A stretch of DNA of 64,000 nt from Mobula hypostoma. Lineage: Eukaryota. Where the stretch lies: NCBI RefSeq assembly GCF_963921235.1, contig NC_086109.1, positions 25,670,001 through 25,734,000 of the forward strand, written 5' to 3'. The notes under the pieces were generated by a model. That model was not told where the DNA came from. It was given only the letters and a program-made list of their open reading frames with translations, and ran no database searches. The position numbers and the translations under genes are program-made. Shown in pieces: positions 51,466 through 62,303 of this stretch; the first letter of the stretch is position 1, and the number at the start of each line of letters is the position of its first letter.

Positions 51466-51660
51466 AACACTCACAACACGCTGGAGGAACTCGGCAGGTC
51501 GGGCAGCATCCGTGGAAACGATCAGTCAACGTTTCGGGCCGGAACCCTTCGTCCGTTGACTGATGGTTTCCACGGATACTGCCCGACCTGCTGAGTTCCT
51601 CCGGCGTGTTGTGAGTGTTGCTTTGACCCCAGCATCTGCAGAATATTTTGTGTTTACAGT
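51466..51660. mobile_element. Near-perfect hairpin PLE mini-element, hammerhead core in loop
   Basis: 66-bp arms at 51466-51531 and 51554-51619 (4 mismatches); 22-nt loop reads GACGA-A-GGGttccggCCC-GAAA on the minus strand. Confidence 0.85.
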
Positions 51661-51780
51661 TCACATTAAATCGGTCAGTTGATGTAGAAACGGGAGCTGG
51701 CGTTTCATGTGATGTTGGACCCATTAGTTTGTTCCTTTTAAAGTTGTTTATCCGCACTGCAAAATACACAGAAGACCTTG

Positions 51781-51971
51781 GACACGACAAAATCTGCAGA
51801 TGCTGGAAATCCAAAGCAACACACACAAAATGCTGGAGGAACTCAGCAGGCCAGGCAGCGTCTATGGAAACAACCCTAATGAATGGTCTCGGCCCGAAAC
51901 GCTGACTGTTTACTCTTTTCCGTAGATGCCTGGCCTGCTGAGTTCCTCCAGCATTTTATGTGTGTTGCTTT
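51781..51971. mobile_element. Hairpin PLE mini-element with TSD, hammerhead-like core in loop
   Basis: TSD agaagacct(t/c)g at 51770-51780 and 51972-51982; arms ~51813-51870 and ~51917-51971; loop cCTAATGAatggtctcggcccGAAACgctgactg. Confidence 0.82.
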
Positions 51972-52240
51972 AGAAGACCTCGAAGTCGGTATTCCAGGTG
52001 TATATTTTTCCCTCTAGATTTCTGGAATAACATCACACAGGAGGTTAGTTATTTCAAATCCGTGTATGGAAATTTTATAAACTACTTGCAGTGAGACATC
52101 TATTCATGAGAAAACGTTGGCTTGCATTTCCAGCTGCGAGTTCGGAGTGCAATGACATCCCTCTCATCAACACCTCAAAGACATTTCCTCTCCAGTCCCT
52201 ATGGCCAAGTACTGTTGTTTCACGATTTGTAATTTTTTAA

Positions 52241-54330
52241 ACACAAGGGACTCTACAGATGCTGAAAATCCACAGCAACTCACACCGAATGCTGGGGGAA
52301 TTCAGCAGGTCAGGCAGCATCAACGGAAACGAGTCGATGATTCGAGCCAAGCCCCTTTATCATCTCTGGAAAGGAAGGGGGGAAAGATGCAAAAATAAGA
52401 AGGTGGTGGTGGGGGAAGAGGAGTACAAGCTAGAAGGTGATATAGGAAGTAAGGAGGGTGGAGGGGGGATGAGTTAAGAGCTGGGAAGTGATGAGTGAAA
52501 AAGGTAAAGGGCTAGAGAAGAAGGAATCTGATAGGAGGGGAATGTGGACCATGAAAAAAAGGAAGAAGGGCACCAGCTGGAGGTGATAGGCAGGTGAGGA
52601 GCAGAGGTAAGTGGGCAGAAAAGGGAACTGAAGAAGTGGGAAGGGGAAAGGGATATAAGGGACCTTGTATTCCGTTTAGGTAGCCACCAAGCTGATGGCA
52701 TGAACTTAGCCTCTTCTTCTGGCACAATGAGGCCACTCTCAGGTTGGATAGCAACACCTTATATTCCTTCGACTTCATAACCAACCTGATGGCTATCATG
52801 GTCCGGATCGGGGTCCCTTCAAATTTAGCTTGTTTATGTTACGATCCGGACCGTTGATTCCCTGTTTTCCCGTGTCCCTCGACTTTGGTGATTAGAGGCA
52901 ATTAACACTCGGCTGAACCGGTAGTTTATAGTCTCCGGCTTTCAGCCGTTCGGTGTGGGAGCGTTTGTAAAGTTACCAAGGTACGGCGTGCCAATGTCAT
53001 CTGGCTGGAGTAAACCTAGTCTCCGCCCGAAGCGAGTGCTGGTAATTTCGCCTCTCCTCACCGGAGAAGCTTTGTCAAGTTACCTCGCCAAAGCGAGCCT
53101 GTAAAGTTTCCTTACCGACGTGGGTCTGTCAGTTAACCCGCCGGAGAGAATCAAGAACCGCTGTCTACTGTTCCCCGGCCGAGTCTAGAGCTCGGCACTA
53201 CGCGGAGGTTCCAAGTACCACGTCCACGTCCTGGCCCTGGCGGCTTCCCAGTTCTGAGTCAAGTCCTGGCCCTGGCGGTCTGTGATTCCTGCCCTACCCC
53301 CCCCCCCCCGTCTGAATCCGTTCTCTGCCCCTCTTGCCTCTAGCCCTCGTCTGCAGCCCCTGCCTGCACTTTGGTCTAGTTCCATCACTGGAGATAGATA
53401 GGTACTGTCTGGTGTTCACTTGTGTTGGTCTTGTCCTCGCCTCTGTGGGGTAAGTCAGGCTGTCTTGCTGTTGCCCTGTGGAGGGTCATGAGTCCTGGTC
53501 CTATGTCCTGTACCCAAGGAGGGGTCCTGACTCTGTTCTGTGTACCTGCTCTCCTGAGACTGAGGCTCTGTTTTCCATGTTCCTCCTCTCCCTAGCCCAT
53601 GTCATGTCCATGCCTGGTTCTGTGGTCTGAGCCTGAGGCAAGACCTGGGTACTGGGTCCTTGCCCAGTCTCTGGCTTGGAGTCCATACCCTAGCCTCTTC
53701 ATGTCTCCTCTAGTTTGGGAGCTGATTCTGAGTCCTAGCCTAGACACTTGGTCCTAGCCTAGTTGTGGTCCTAGCCTAGTTGTAGTCCTCAGTCCTTGTC
53801 TAGTTTGTTACTTCTGCTCCTGCCTAGCCCTCCTGATATCAAACAATAAACTAAATTTAATTAACCTGGAGATGTGTCTTGCATTTGGGTCCACCCTTTC
53901 TCCCAATGCCCCTGCCAATGTGACAATGGCAGGAACATTGATTTCACCAATTTCTGGTAATTCTTCCCCCCCCCCCACTTCCCCACTCAGCCCCCTTGCC
54001 TCTTCTCCTCACCTGCCTATCACCTCCCCTTAGTGCCTGTTCTTCCATGGTCCACTCTTCTCTCCCATCAGATTTCTTCTCCAACACCTTACCTTCTCCA
54101 CTTACACCTGTCGGCTTCTTACTTCACCCTCCCCCTACCCCACATCCACTCAGCTTCATCTATCACTTTCTAGCTTGTGGCCTTTCCCCTCCTCCCTCCC
54201 CACCTTCTTGTTCTAGCATTCACCACCCCCCCCCCGTCCCATTGAAGGGACTCAGCCCAAAACGTCAAGTGTCTATTCATTTTCATAGATGCCACCTGAC
54301 CTGCTGTGTTACTCCAGCATTTTGTGTGTG
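52241..54330. mobile_element. Fold-back PLE remnant (minus tail, then plus GIY-YIG end + tail), interrupted by a solo LTR
   Basis: Minus tail ~52241-52660; plus segment 52663-52793 resumes at 53926 (atggcaggaacattgattt) and runs to 54330; decayed hammerheads at ~52331-52367 (-) and ~54237-54272 (+). Confidence 0.75.
52794..53925 (+). mobile_element. Solo LTR (Gypsy-like), 1132 bp
   Basis: Ends tatca...tgaca (TG..CA-type inverted ends with one change); 5-bp TSD atggc at 52789-52793 and 53926-53930; AATAAA at 53845-53850 followed by tgcatttgggtcc; internal short tandem repeats (ggtcctagcctagttgt). Confidence 0.82.
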
Positions 54331-54949
54331 CTGATTAGTATTTTTTTTCAATGATCCCAATCCTGAATCGATGCAATAAAAAGGGTTAATGTACATTGTT
54401 GGTTTTCAGGCTGATTTTGTCAGTTATTTAGTGATAAGTTATTTTGTTCATTTTCTCCTCCTTGAAACTCTCTGGGTTGGAAAGCCAACACTGACATCAA
54501 TACATCAGTGAATGATTCTGAATTCATTGTATCATTAAACAAATTGGGTACTTTTTCCATGTCCTGTTGCTCATTATATCCAAAATGACCATCTTCTTTC
54601 CCATTCTCTTTCTAATGACCAAGACCCACCCCTGTTTTATATTAAAAAAAAACAGCCGTTCATATTCCATGATAATTACTATATCCCTCTCCAGGTGCAA
54701 CATCTCTCTAACCATCCTCAAGATCTCTGACTCCATCCCACTATTCCCATTCACTCTCCATTTCCACTTTCATAACCTTCCCCCATCACTGACCAGACAT
54801 TTTCTCATCCAGTCTTCAGTTCCTCCTCAAAAAGGGGAATAAACAGAACGATGTTCAGGTTTTGAAGGAAACAATAAATTCAAAGCTTTAGTTTCAATGA
54901 GAATGGATCTGTGCATCAATTATGGAAGTCAAGGTGAATTTAAATCACT

Positions 54950-56235
54950 AGAACATAGGACATACTGTAGAAGCAGAATTAGACTGCTCGGCCCATCAAG
55001 TCTGCTTTGCCCTTTCACCATGGCTGATTCATTAATGTTCTCAACCTCTCCTTCAGCCTTCTTCTCATAAACTTTGATGCCCTGACTAATCAAAAACTTA
55101 TGAATTTGCATTTTAAATATATGCAATTACTTTGCATCCACGGCCATCCGTGGCAATGAATTCCACAGATTCACCACCCTCTGGCTAAAGTAATTCCTTG
55201 TCATCTCTGTTCTAAATGGACATCCTTGTATTCTGAGCTGTGTCCCGTCCTAGACTCACCCACTATAGGAAACATACTCGCCACATCCATTCTGTATAGA
55301 CCTGTCAATATTCGATATTTTCAATGAGGTTTCCCCCTCATTCTTTCAAATTCCAGTGAGTAAAGTCCCAGAGCCATCAAATGCTCCTCATATGTTAACC
55401 CTCTCATTCCCAAGATCATTCTCATAACTGTCGTCTGGACCCTCTCCAATGCCAGCATATCTTTTCTTAGGTAAGGGGCTGAAACTGCTCACAACACTCC
55501 TAGGACAGTCTGACCAGTGCCTTATAAAGCCTCAGCATTACTTTGTTACTTTTATATCCTAGTCTTCAAGAAAAGGATGCTAACATTGCATTTGCCTTCC
55601 TTATCATTGACTCAACCTGCAAGTTAACTTTTAGGGAATCCTGCATGAGGTCTTCCAAATCCCTTTGTACCTCTGGATTTTGAATTTTCTCCCTGTTTAG
55701 AAAATAGTCTTTGCCTTTATTCCTTTAAACACAGTGCATGATCGTACACTTCCCTACACTATATTCCATTTCCACTACCTTGCCTATTCTCCTAATCTGT
55801 CTAAGTCCTTCTAAATACTCCCTCCTTCCTCAACACTACCTGCCCCTCCACCTATCTTTGTATCATCTGCAGAAAAGGCCACAAGGACATCAATTCTATC
55901 ATTCGGATCATTGATATATAATGTTAAAAGGAGCCGCCTCAGTCCTAAGCCCTGTGAAACGCCACTAGTCACTGACAGCCAACCAGAATAGACCCCATTT
56001 ATTCCCACTTTTTTTCCTCCTGCCAGTCAGCTAATCTTCTATCCATGCTAAAATTTTTCCTGAAATACCATGAGCTCTTATGCTGCTAAACTGCCTTATG
56101 TGCAGCAGCTTGTCAAAGGCCTTCTGAAAATCCAAGTAAACAACATTTATTGACTCTCCTTTGTCTATCCTTCCTGTTATTTCCTCAAAGACTTCGAACA
56201 GATTTGTCAGGCAAGGCTTCCCCTTAACTAAACAA
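54950..56235 (-). mobile_element. Degenerate CR1 LINE (RT + 3'UTR)
   Basis: Minus ORF WLSVTSGVSQG..LYIND..ADDTKIGG; antisense tail agaacataggacatactgtagaagcagaattag. Confidence 0.88.
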
Positions 56236-56452
56236 TGATGAAGAGCTTGAAGTGAAAGGGACCTTATTGCTGCTGTACCTATCGTCGTATGGATTTAACA
56301 GACTTGAGGAACTGAATGGACTATTCCTATTATTAAGTATTCAGGGCTTCTATCAATTTTTTCAAAATATCACACAAGTCATACAATAGTAAATGGTACA
56401 GTCTATTATATATGAGCTATTCAGTTCTTTAACTGGACCTTTTCCCATAAAG

Positions 56453-56765
56453 CCATCCGTTAGTCTTGCGAGACCATAGATCTGCGCCTGGAAAGTCTTC
56501 ACTCTCCAGGGCGCAGGCCTGGGCAAGGTTGTATGGAAGACCACAGTTGCCCATGCTGCAAGTCTCCCCTCTCCACGACTCCAATGTTGTCCAAGAGAAG
56601 GGCATTAGGACCCATGCAGTTTGACACCAGTATTGTCGCAGAGCAATGTGTGGTTAAGTGCCTTGCTCAAGGACACAACACGCTGCCTTGGCTGGGGGGG
56701 CTCGAACTCATGACCTTCAGGTCGCTAGTCCAATGCCTTAACCACTTGGCCACGTGCCCACACAT
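56453..56765 (-). mobile_element. Full-length tRNA/CORE-like SINE with ~16-bp TSD
   Basis: TSD ccttttccc(a/t)taaagc at 56438-56453 and 56766-56781; minus strand TGGCCAAGTGGTT A-box, GAGTTCGAGCC B-box, gtgtccttgagcaaggcacttaacc core. Confidence 0.85.
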
Positions 56766-58329
56766 CCTTTTCCCTTAAAGCGTTTTAAAAACTATCAAAC
56801 TATACATTTCCAGTTCAAGGGAGCTCTCATTAGCACTGAACTCCATTATCTTTGAATAAGCTGTTCATGAGAAAGGGAAGTATGCATTCGTGCACTCACC
56901 TGTCCATTAATAGGTCATTACGGGATTTGAGCACTTCATTCAGGCTGACTTGATTGGCTTGATGAGTAGCTGCAGCAATGCTAAGGATGTAGTCTTTTAA
57001 ATTATTCGCGACATAAAGGTTGGGTGTTATCCACGTCAGGGTAAGAGATGGCAGTTTATACTTTAACGAAGATTTATGGGAGTTAACTTGGCCATCTGGA
57101 AAACACTTACTTCTGTACTGACATTACCAGTACTGTCTCATTTGCTGTGATGAGATCTGTGCTGGTAAATTAGTTGCCATTTTTTTCAACATAATATATA
57201 CAGAACTAGTTCAGAATATGCTGAAGGATTTAAAGATTTTTCTCTAAACAGATTTACTTTCATTGCTTTTGTTTCCAAGATATTACCACTCTCCAGCAGT
57301 CTCATGTTGTTCCTCATGATCTACTGATCCATTTTAATCTGACATCTGAGCTGTACCTAAACCTCTAAATGACGGTATCTATCTATGCATATTTGCAGGT
57401 TTCAACAGAAATTGCCGGATAATGGCTCATGGCATTCTTTTCACTCCCACCACCATCTCACACTATCCTTTCACCACCCAGCATCATTAGTCTAAAGGAT
57501 TTACAAACTAATTATGATCTTGTCAATGCATTAGCTGCCTTCAGCTTTCTGACGAAAAGAAAATAAAAAAACAATTTACTACTAAATCTTGAAATACGAA
57601 ATGAGAAATAACTTGAAATTTTCAATCATGAAAGGCAAAAATGTTAATATTTTAGGCACAGCCCTGACTGTTTCTGAATGTTTCCTGCATTATTTGGATT
57701 TCCATATTATCACTTGGTTCAGTTCTCAATTTACATTGGAAGCCTGTTCAAGTTCATAATAATCTTCATTTTATCGCCTGGTGGTGTTCCAAGTCAACTT
57801 TCTTTCTATTGTTCAGAAGCTATAAACCTGATTTTATTTGAAAAACAATCAATATCAAAAGCATCACGGAATTGTTACTGTGCAGAAGGAAGCCAAATGG
57901 GCTTCAATCCAATCAATCGCATTCTCGCTTTTTCACCAGAGCTCTGTAAATGATATTATCTCAAATGTGCATTTAATTTCCTTTTCAATGTCCTGATTAA
58001 AACAATTTTCACCATTTCTACAGGCAGAAAGTTGCACAACATTAACCACATTTTTTTCTCATATCTCTCCTGTATATTTGGTCATTGTGTTAAATCTGTG
58101 TTCCTTAATTTTTGAACCATCCATAAAGAAGAAAAACTCTTATTTCCCCTCTGATGTTTAATCAGGGGACAAGTACAGTTAGATGATTTCATGGCAAAAA
58201 AACAGACAATGGAAGTAAAGGGTAGCTTTACTTCCTTCCTTAGCAGTCCCTCAGACTCAAGAGGTGCTTCCACTCATGCTTCCAGGATTTTGAGGAGACT
58301 GGCTTTGCTAGGAGGCACTTGATGAGGTG

Positions 58330-59805
58330 GCAGATTGGTAATCTCTCACTGCTATGGGCTGAAATTCCCACTTGCTTCAAAAAGGCAACAATTATACCAG
58401 TGCCTAGAAAGAATAATGTGAGCTGCTTTAATGACTATCACCCAGTAGCGCTCATATCTACAGCGATGAAATGCTTTGAGAGGTTGGTCATGACTAAACT
58501 GAAATCCTGCCTCAGCAAGGACCTGGGCCCATTGTAATTTGCCTATCACCACAATAGGTCAACTGCAGATGCAAACTCAATGGCTCTTCATTTGGCCTTA
58601 GACCATACAAACACCTATGTCAAGATGCTGTTCATTGACTATAGCTCAGCAATTAACACCATCATTCCCACAATCCTGATTCAGAAGTTACAAAACCTGG
58701 GCCTCTGTACCTCCCTCTGCAATTGGATCCTTGACTTCCTAACTGGAAGACCACAATCTGTGTGGATTGATGTTAATATCTCCTCCTCACTGATGATCAA
58801 CACTGGTGCACCTCAGGGGTAGGTGTTTAGCCCACCGCTCTACTCTCTCTATACCCATGACTGTGTGGCTAAGCATAGTTCAAATGCCATCTGTAAATTT
58901 GCTGACGATACAACTATTGTTGGTAGAATCTCAGATGGAGACGAGAGGGCATACAGGAGTGACATACATCATCTAGTGGAGTGGTGCCACAGCAACAACC
59001 TGGCACTCAACGTCAGTAAGACGAAAGAGCTGACTGTGGACTTCAGGAAGGGTAAGACAAAGGAACATATACCAATCCTTGTAGAGGGATCAGAAGTAGA
59101 GAGAGTGAGCAGTTTCAAGTTCCTGGGTGTCAAGATCTCTGAGGACCTAACCTAGTCCCACCACATCGATGCAGTTATAAAGAAGGCAAGACAGTGACTA
59201 TACTTCATTAGGAGTTTGAAGAGATATGGTATCTCAATAAAAACATTCAAAAACTTCTATAGATGTACCATGGACAGCATTCTGACAAGCTGCGTCACTG
59301 TCTGGTATGGCGGGGTGGGGGGTGGGTGGTGGCGGGGTGGCTACTGTATGGGACTGAAAGAAACTGCAGAAGGTTGTAAATCTAGTCAGCTCCATCCTAA
59401 GTACCAGCCTACAAAGTTCCCAGGACATCTTCAGTGAGTGGTGTCTCAGAAAGGCAGCATCCATTATTAAGGACCCCCAGCACCCAGGGCATGTCCTTTT
59501 TTCACTGTTACCATCAGGTAGGAGGTACAGAAGCCTGAAGGCACACAGTCAGCAATTCAGGAACAGCTTCTTCCCCTCTGCTATCTGATTCCTAAATGGA
59601 CATTGAACCTGTGAACTCTACCTTATATTTTAATATATATAATTTTTGTTTTTGCATGATTTTTAATCTATACAATATAGATATACTGTAATTGATTGAT
59701 TGGTTTATTTATTTGTATATATATTTTTCCTCTTGTATATTATGTATTGCATTGAACTGTTGCTGTGAGGTTAACAAATTTCCTGACACATATCTGATTC
59801 TGATT
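58330..59805 (+). mobile_element. Rex1/Babar-type LINE (RT, degenerate)
   Basis: [58 protein letters not shown]; (tctgat)n tail. Confidence 0.92.
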
Positions 59806-60079
59806 TTGCTTCCACTATCTTTGTTGGACTTCTGTGTGCCCCATACAAGGAGGTTCGAGATTCTCCGCATCATCCTGAATGTTTCTTCTCCTTTTGATCA
59901 GTCACAGGCCAGAGGTCGCCATGAATCAATAAGGACGTTACACCTTTTTTTTTTACCAAGAACCTCTGAGTAATCTGGTGTCTTGATGGAGCTTGGAGTA
60001 GGCTGATTGTTTAGCTGGTAAAGCCAGCTAAGTGTAATCAGTGTTATCAAAGTTGGGAATGTTGGCTCAACAGAGTACC

Positions 60080-60350
60080 AGGGTAGCGTGGCCATTAGCG
60101 CAATGCTACTACAGCTCAGGGTTTCGGAGTTCTGAGTTCAGTTCCAGCGACCTCTGGAATTCAATTTGTATGTTCCTTCCCGTGTGCTCGTGGGTTTCCT
60201 CTGGGTTCTCCAGTTCCCTCGCACAGTCCAAAGACATTCTGGTTAGTGGGTTAATTGGTCATTGTAAATTGTCCTGTGATTAGGTTAGGGTTAAATCAGT
60301 GGGTGGGGCGGCTCAATGTGGCCTACTCTGTGCTTTATCTCTAAATACTG
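60080..60350 (+). mobile_element. HE1/V-SINE-like SINE
   Basis: gggtttcctctgggttctccagttccctcgcacagtccaaagac..ttaattggtcattgtaaattgtcctgtgattagg. Confidence 0.8.
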
Positions 60351-60389
60351 TAAATTAAAACTAACACTGGTTTCCTTGCCCAACCAGTC

Positions 60390-61040
60390 AGAGTTTGTGA
60401 AGACTGCACCTTTGGTACTTCCCCAATGTAATGGGCACCTGTTGGTAAATGGTCAATGACTCAGTAGTGTCTGAAAAGTGGGAATCGTTGCTGTCAAATA
60501 GAACATGAACTTTGTGCTGCTTTGAGGTCTTAATCTCTCTACACTGTTTTCCTGAGATGCAAAGGCAGTTCCAGGATATTGCAGTAGTGATGAGTTTCAT
60601 CATTAGTGTGTGCCTTCACTGAGAATTGTTCCCACAATGAGGAAAATGTTGTACACCTTTCTCTTTCGGCTATTTATTATGAGGGAGCAGAGAGTTGTCG
60701 GTCATTGTTTTGCAGATATTTAATGTGAGGTTTAGTTTTCCAGACATTTTGGTGATGGAATTGGAGCTTGTCCTCCAAATGCATCTTACAGAATGCCTCT
60801 TGATTGTTGAGATTGGAATGAGCCTGGTTTTGGAATGATTATTATGTGGTTTCTCATTCATCCTATAGTTTATTCATTCATCATATATCCTAGTGAGAAG
60901 CATTTTGGAAATGGGATGCTGCATTGTGGTGAAATCAGATAAAGGATGTAGTCATGATGGAGCCTTCCTTAACTCCACTCCATACTGAGATTCACAGTAG
61001 CGTAGGTGGGCTGTAGTTCTCTATGAAGGTTCACCATTCT
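60390..61040 (-). mobile_element. Ancient RTE-type LINE RT remnant
   Basis: Minus-strand GVKEGSIM (cf. GVKQGC), SKTRL, LTLNICKT in the expected order; heavily decayed. Confidence 0.45.
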
Positions 61041-61130
61041 TCTTAATTTACACTAACAATTTAGACTTTGGAACTAAGTGTATAATTTCTGAGTTTGATG
61101 ATACCACTGTTATTTGAGGAGAGGGGCAGT

Positions 61131-62065
61131 ATGAGTGTGAGGGCAGTTTGCTGTTCTCAGTGTCGGATGTGGGAGGCCCTGGAGTCTCCAAGCCTCCCGG
61201 ACGTCTACATCTGCGCCAAGTGATTGAGATGCAGCTCCTAAGGGACCGCGTTACGGAACTGGAGCTGCAGCTCGATGACCTTCGTCTGGTCAGGGAGAGT
61301 GAGGAGGTGATAGAGAGGAGTGGAAGGCAGGTGATCACACCGGGACCACGGGAGGCAGATCAGTGGGTCACGGTTAGGAGGGGGAAGGGGAAGAGTCAGG
61401 TAATAGGGAGTACCCCGGTGGCTGTGCCCCTTAACAATAGGTACTCCTGTTTGAGTACTGTTGGGGGGGACAGCTTACCTGGGGGAAGCGACAGTGGCCG
61501 TGCCTCCGGCACAGAGTCTGGCCCTGTAGCTCAGAAGGGTAGGGAAAGGAAGAGGAGGGCAGTTGTGATCGGGGACTCGATAGTAAGGGGGTCAGATAGG
61601 TGATTCTGTGGACGCAGTCCAGAGACCCGGATGGTAGTTTGCCTCCCTGGTGCCAGGGTCCGGGATATTTCTGATCGTGTCCAAGATATCCTGAAGTGGG
61701 AGGGTGAGGAGCCAGAGGTCGTGGTACATGTAGGTACCAATGACATAGGTAGGAAAAGGGATGAGGTCCTGAAAGGAGAATATAGGGAGCTAGGAAGGGA
61801 GTTGAGAAAAAGGACCGCAAAGGTAGTAATCTCGGGATTACTGCCTGTGCCACACGACAGTGAGAGTAGGAATGCGATGAGGTGGAGGATAAATGCATGG
61901 CTGAGGGATTGGAGCAGGGGGCAGGGATTCAAGTTTTTGGATCATTGGGACCTCTTTTGGCGCAGGCATGACCTGTACATAAAGGACGGGTTACACTTGA
62001 ATCCTAGGGGGACCAATATCCTGGCAGGGAGATTAGCGAGGGCTACTGAGATGACTTTAAACTAG
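61131..62065 (+). pseudogene. CR1 ORF1: zinc/leucine-zipper motif + SGNH esterase domain, disrupted
   Basis: MSVRAVCCSQC..ICAK, heptad LRDRVTELELQLDDL, VIGDSIVRG, PGA, HVGTND, DGLHL; frameshift near 61222 and TGA at 61601. Confidence 0.88.
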
Positions 62066-62303
62066 AATGGTTGGGGGGTGGGAATCAAATTAAAGAGGCT
62101 AGGCGTGAGGAGGTTAGTTCACAACAGGGGGATGGGAACCAGTGCAGAGAGACAGAGAGGTGTAAAGTGAGGGTAGAAGCAAAAAGTACTAAGGAGAAAA
62201 GTACAAGTGCAGGCCGACAAATCCAGGACAAGCATTAAAAAGGGCCACTTTTCAACATAATTGTATAAGGGCTAAGAGAGTTGTAAAAGAGCGCCTGAAG
62301 GCT

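Noticed and set aside
53735..53805. Short direct repeats (gtcctagcctag) as a CRISPR-like array
   Set aside because: Irregular tandem repeats inside a solo LTR in eukaryotic DNA; no unique spacers or cas genes.
60395..60450. HYIGE on the minus strand, suggesting GIY-YIG
   Set aside because: Isolated match; upstream motifs fit a decayed RTE-type RT better.
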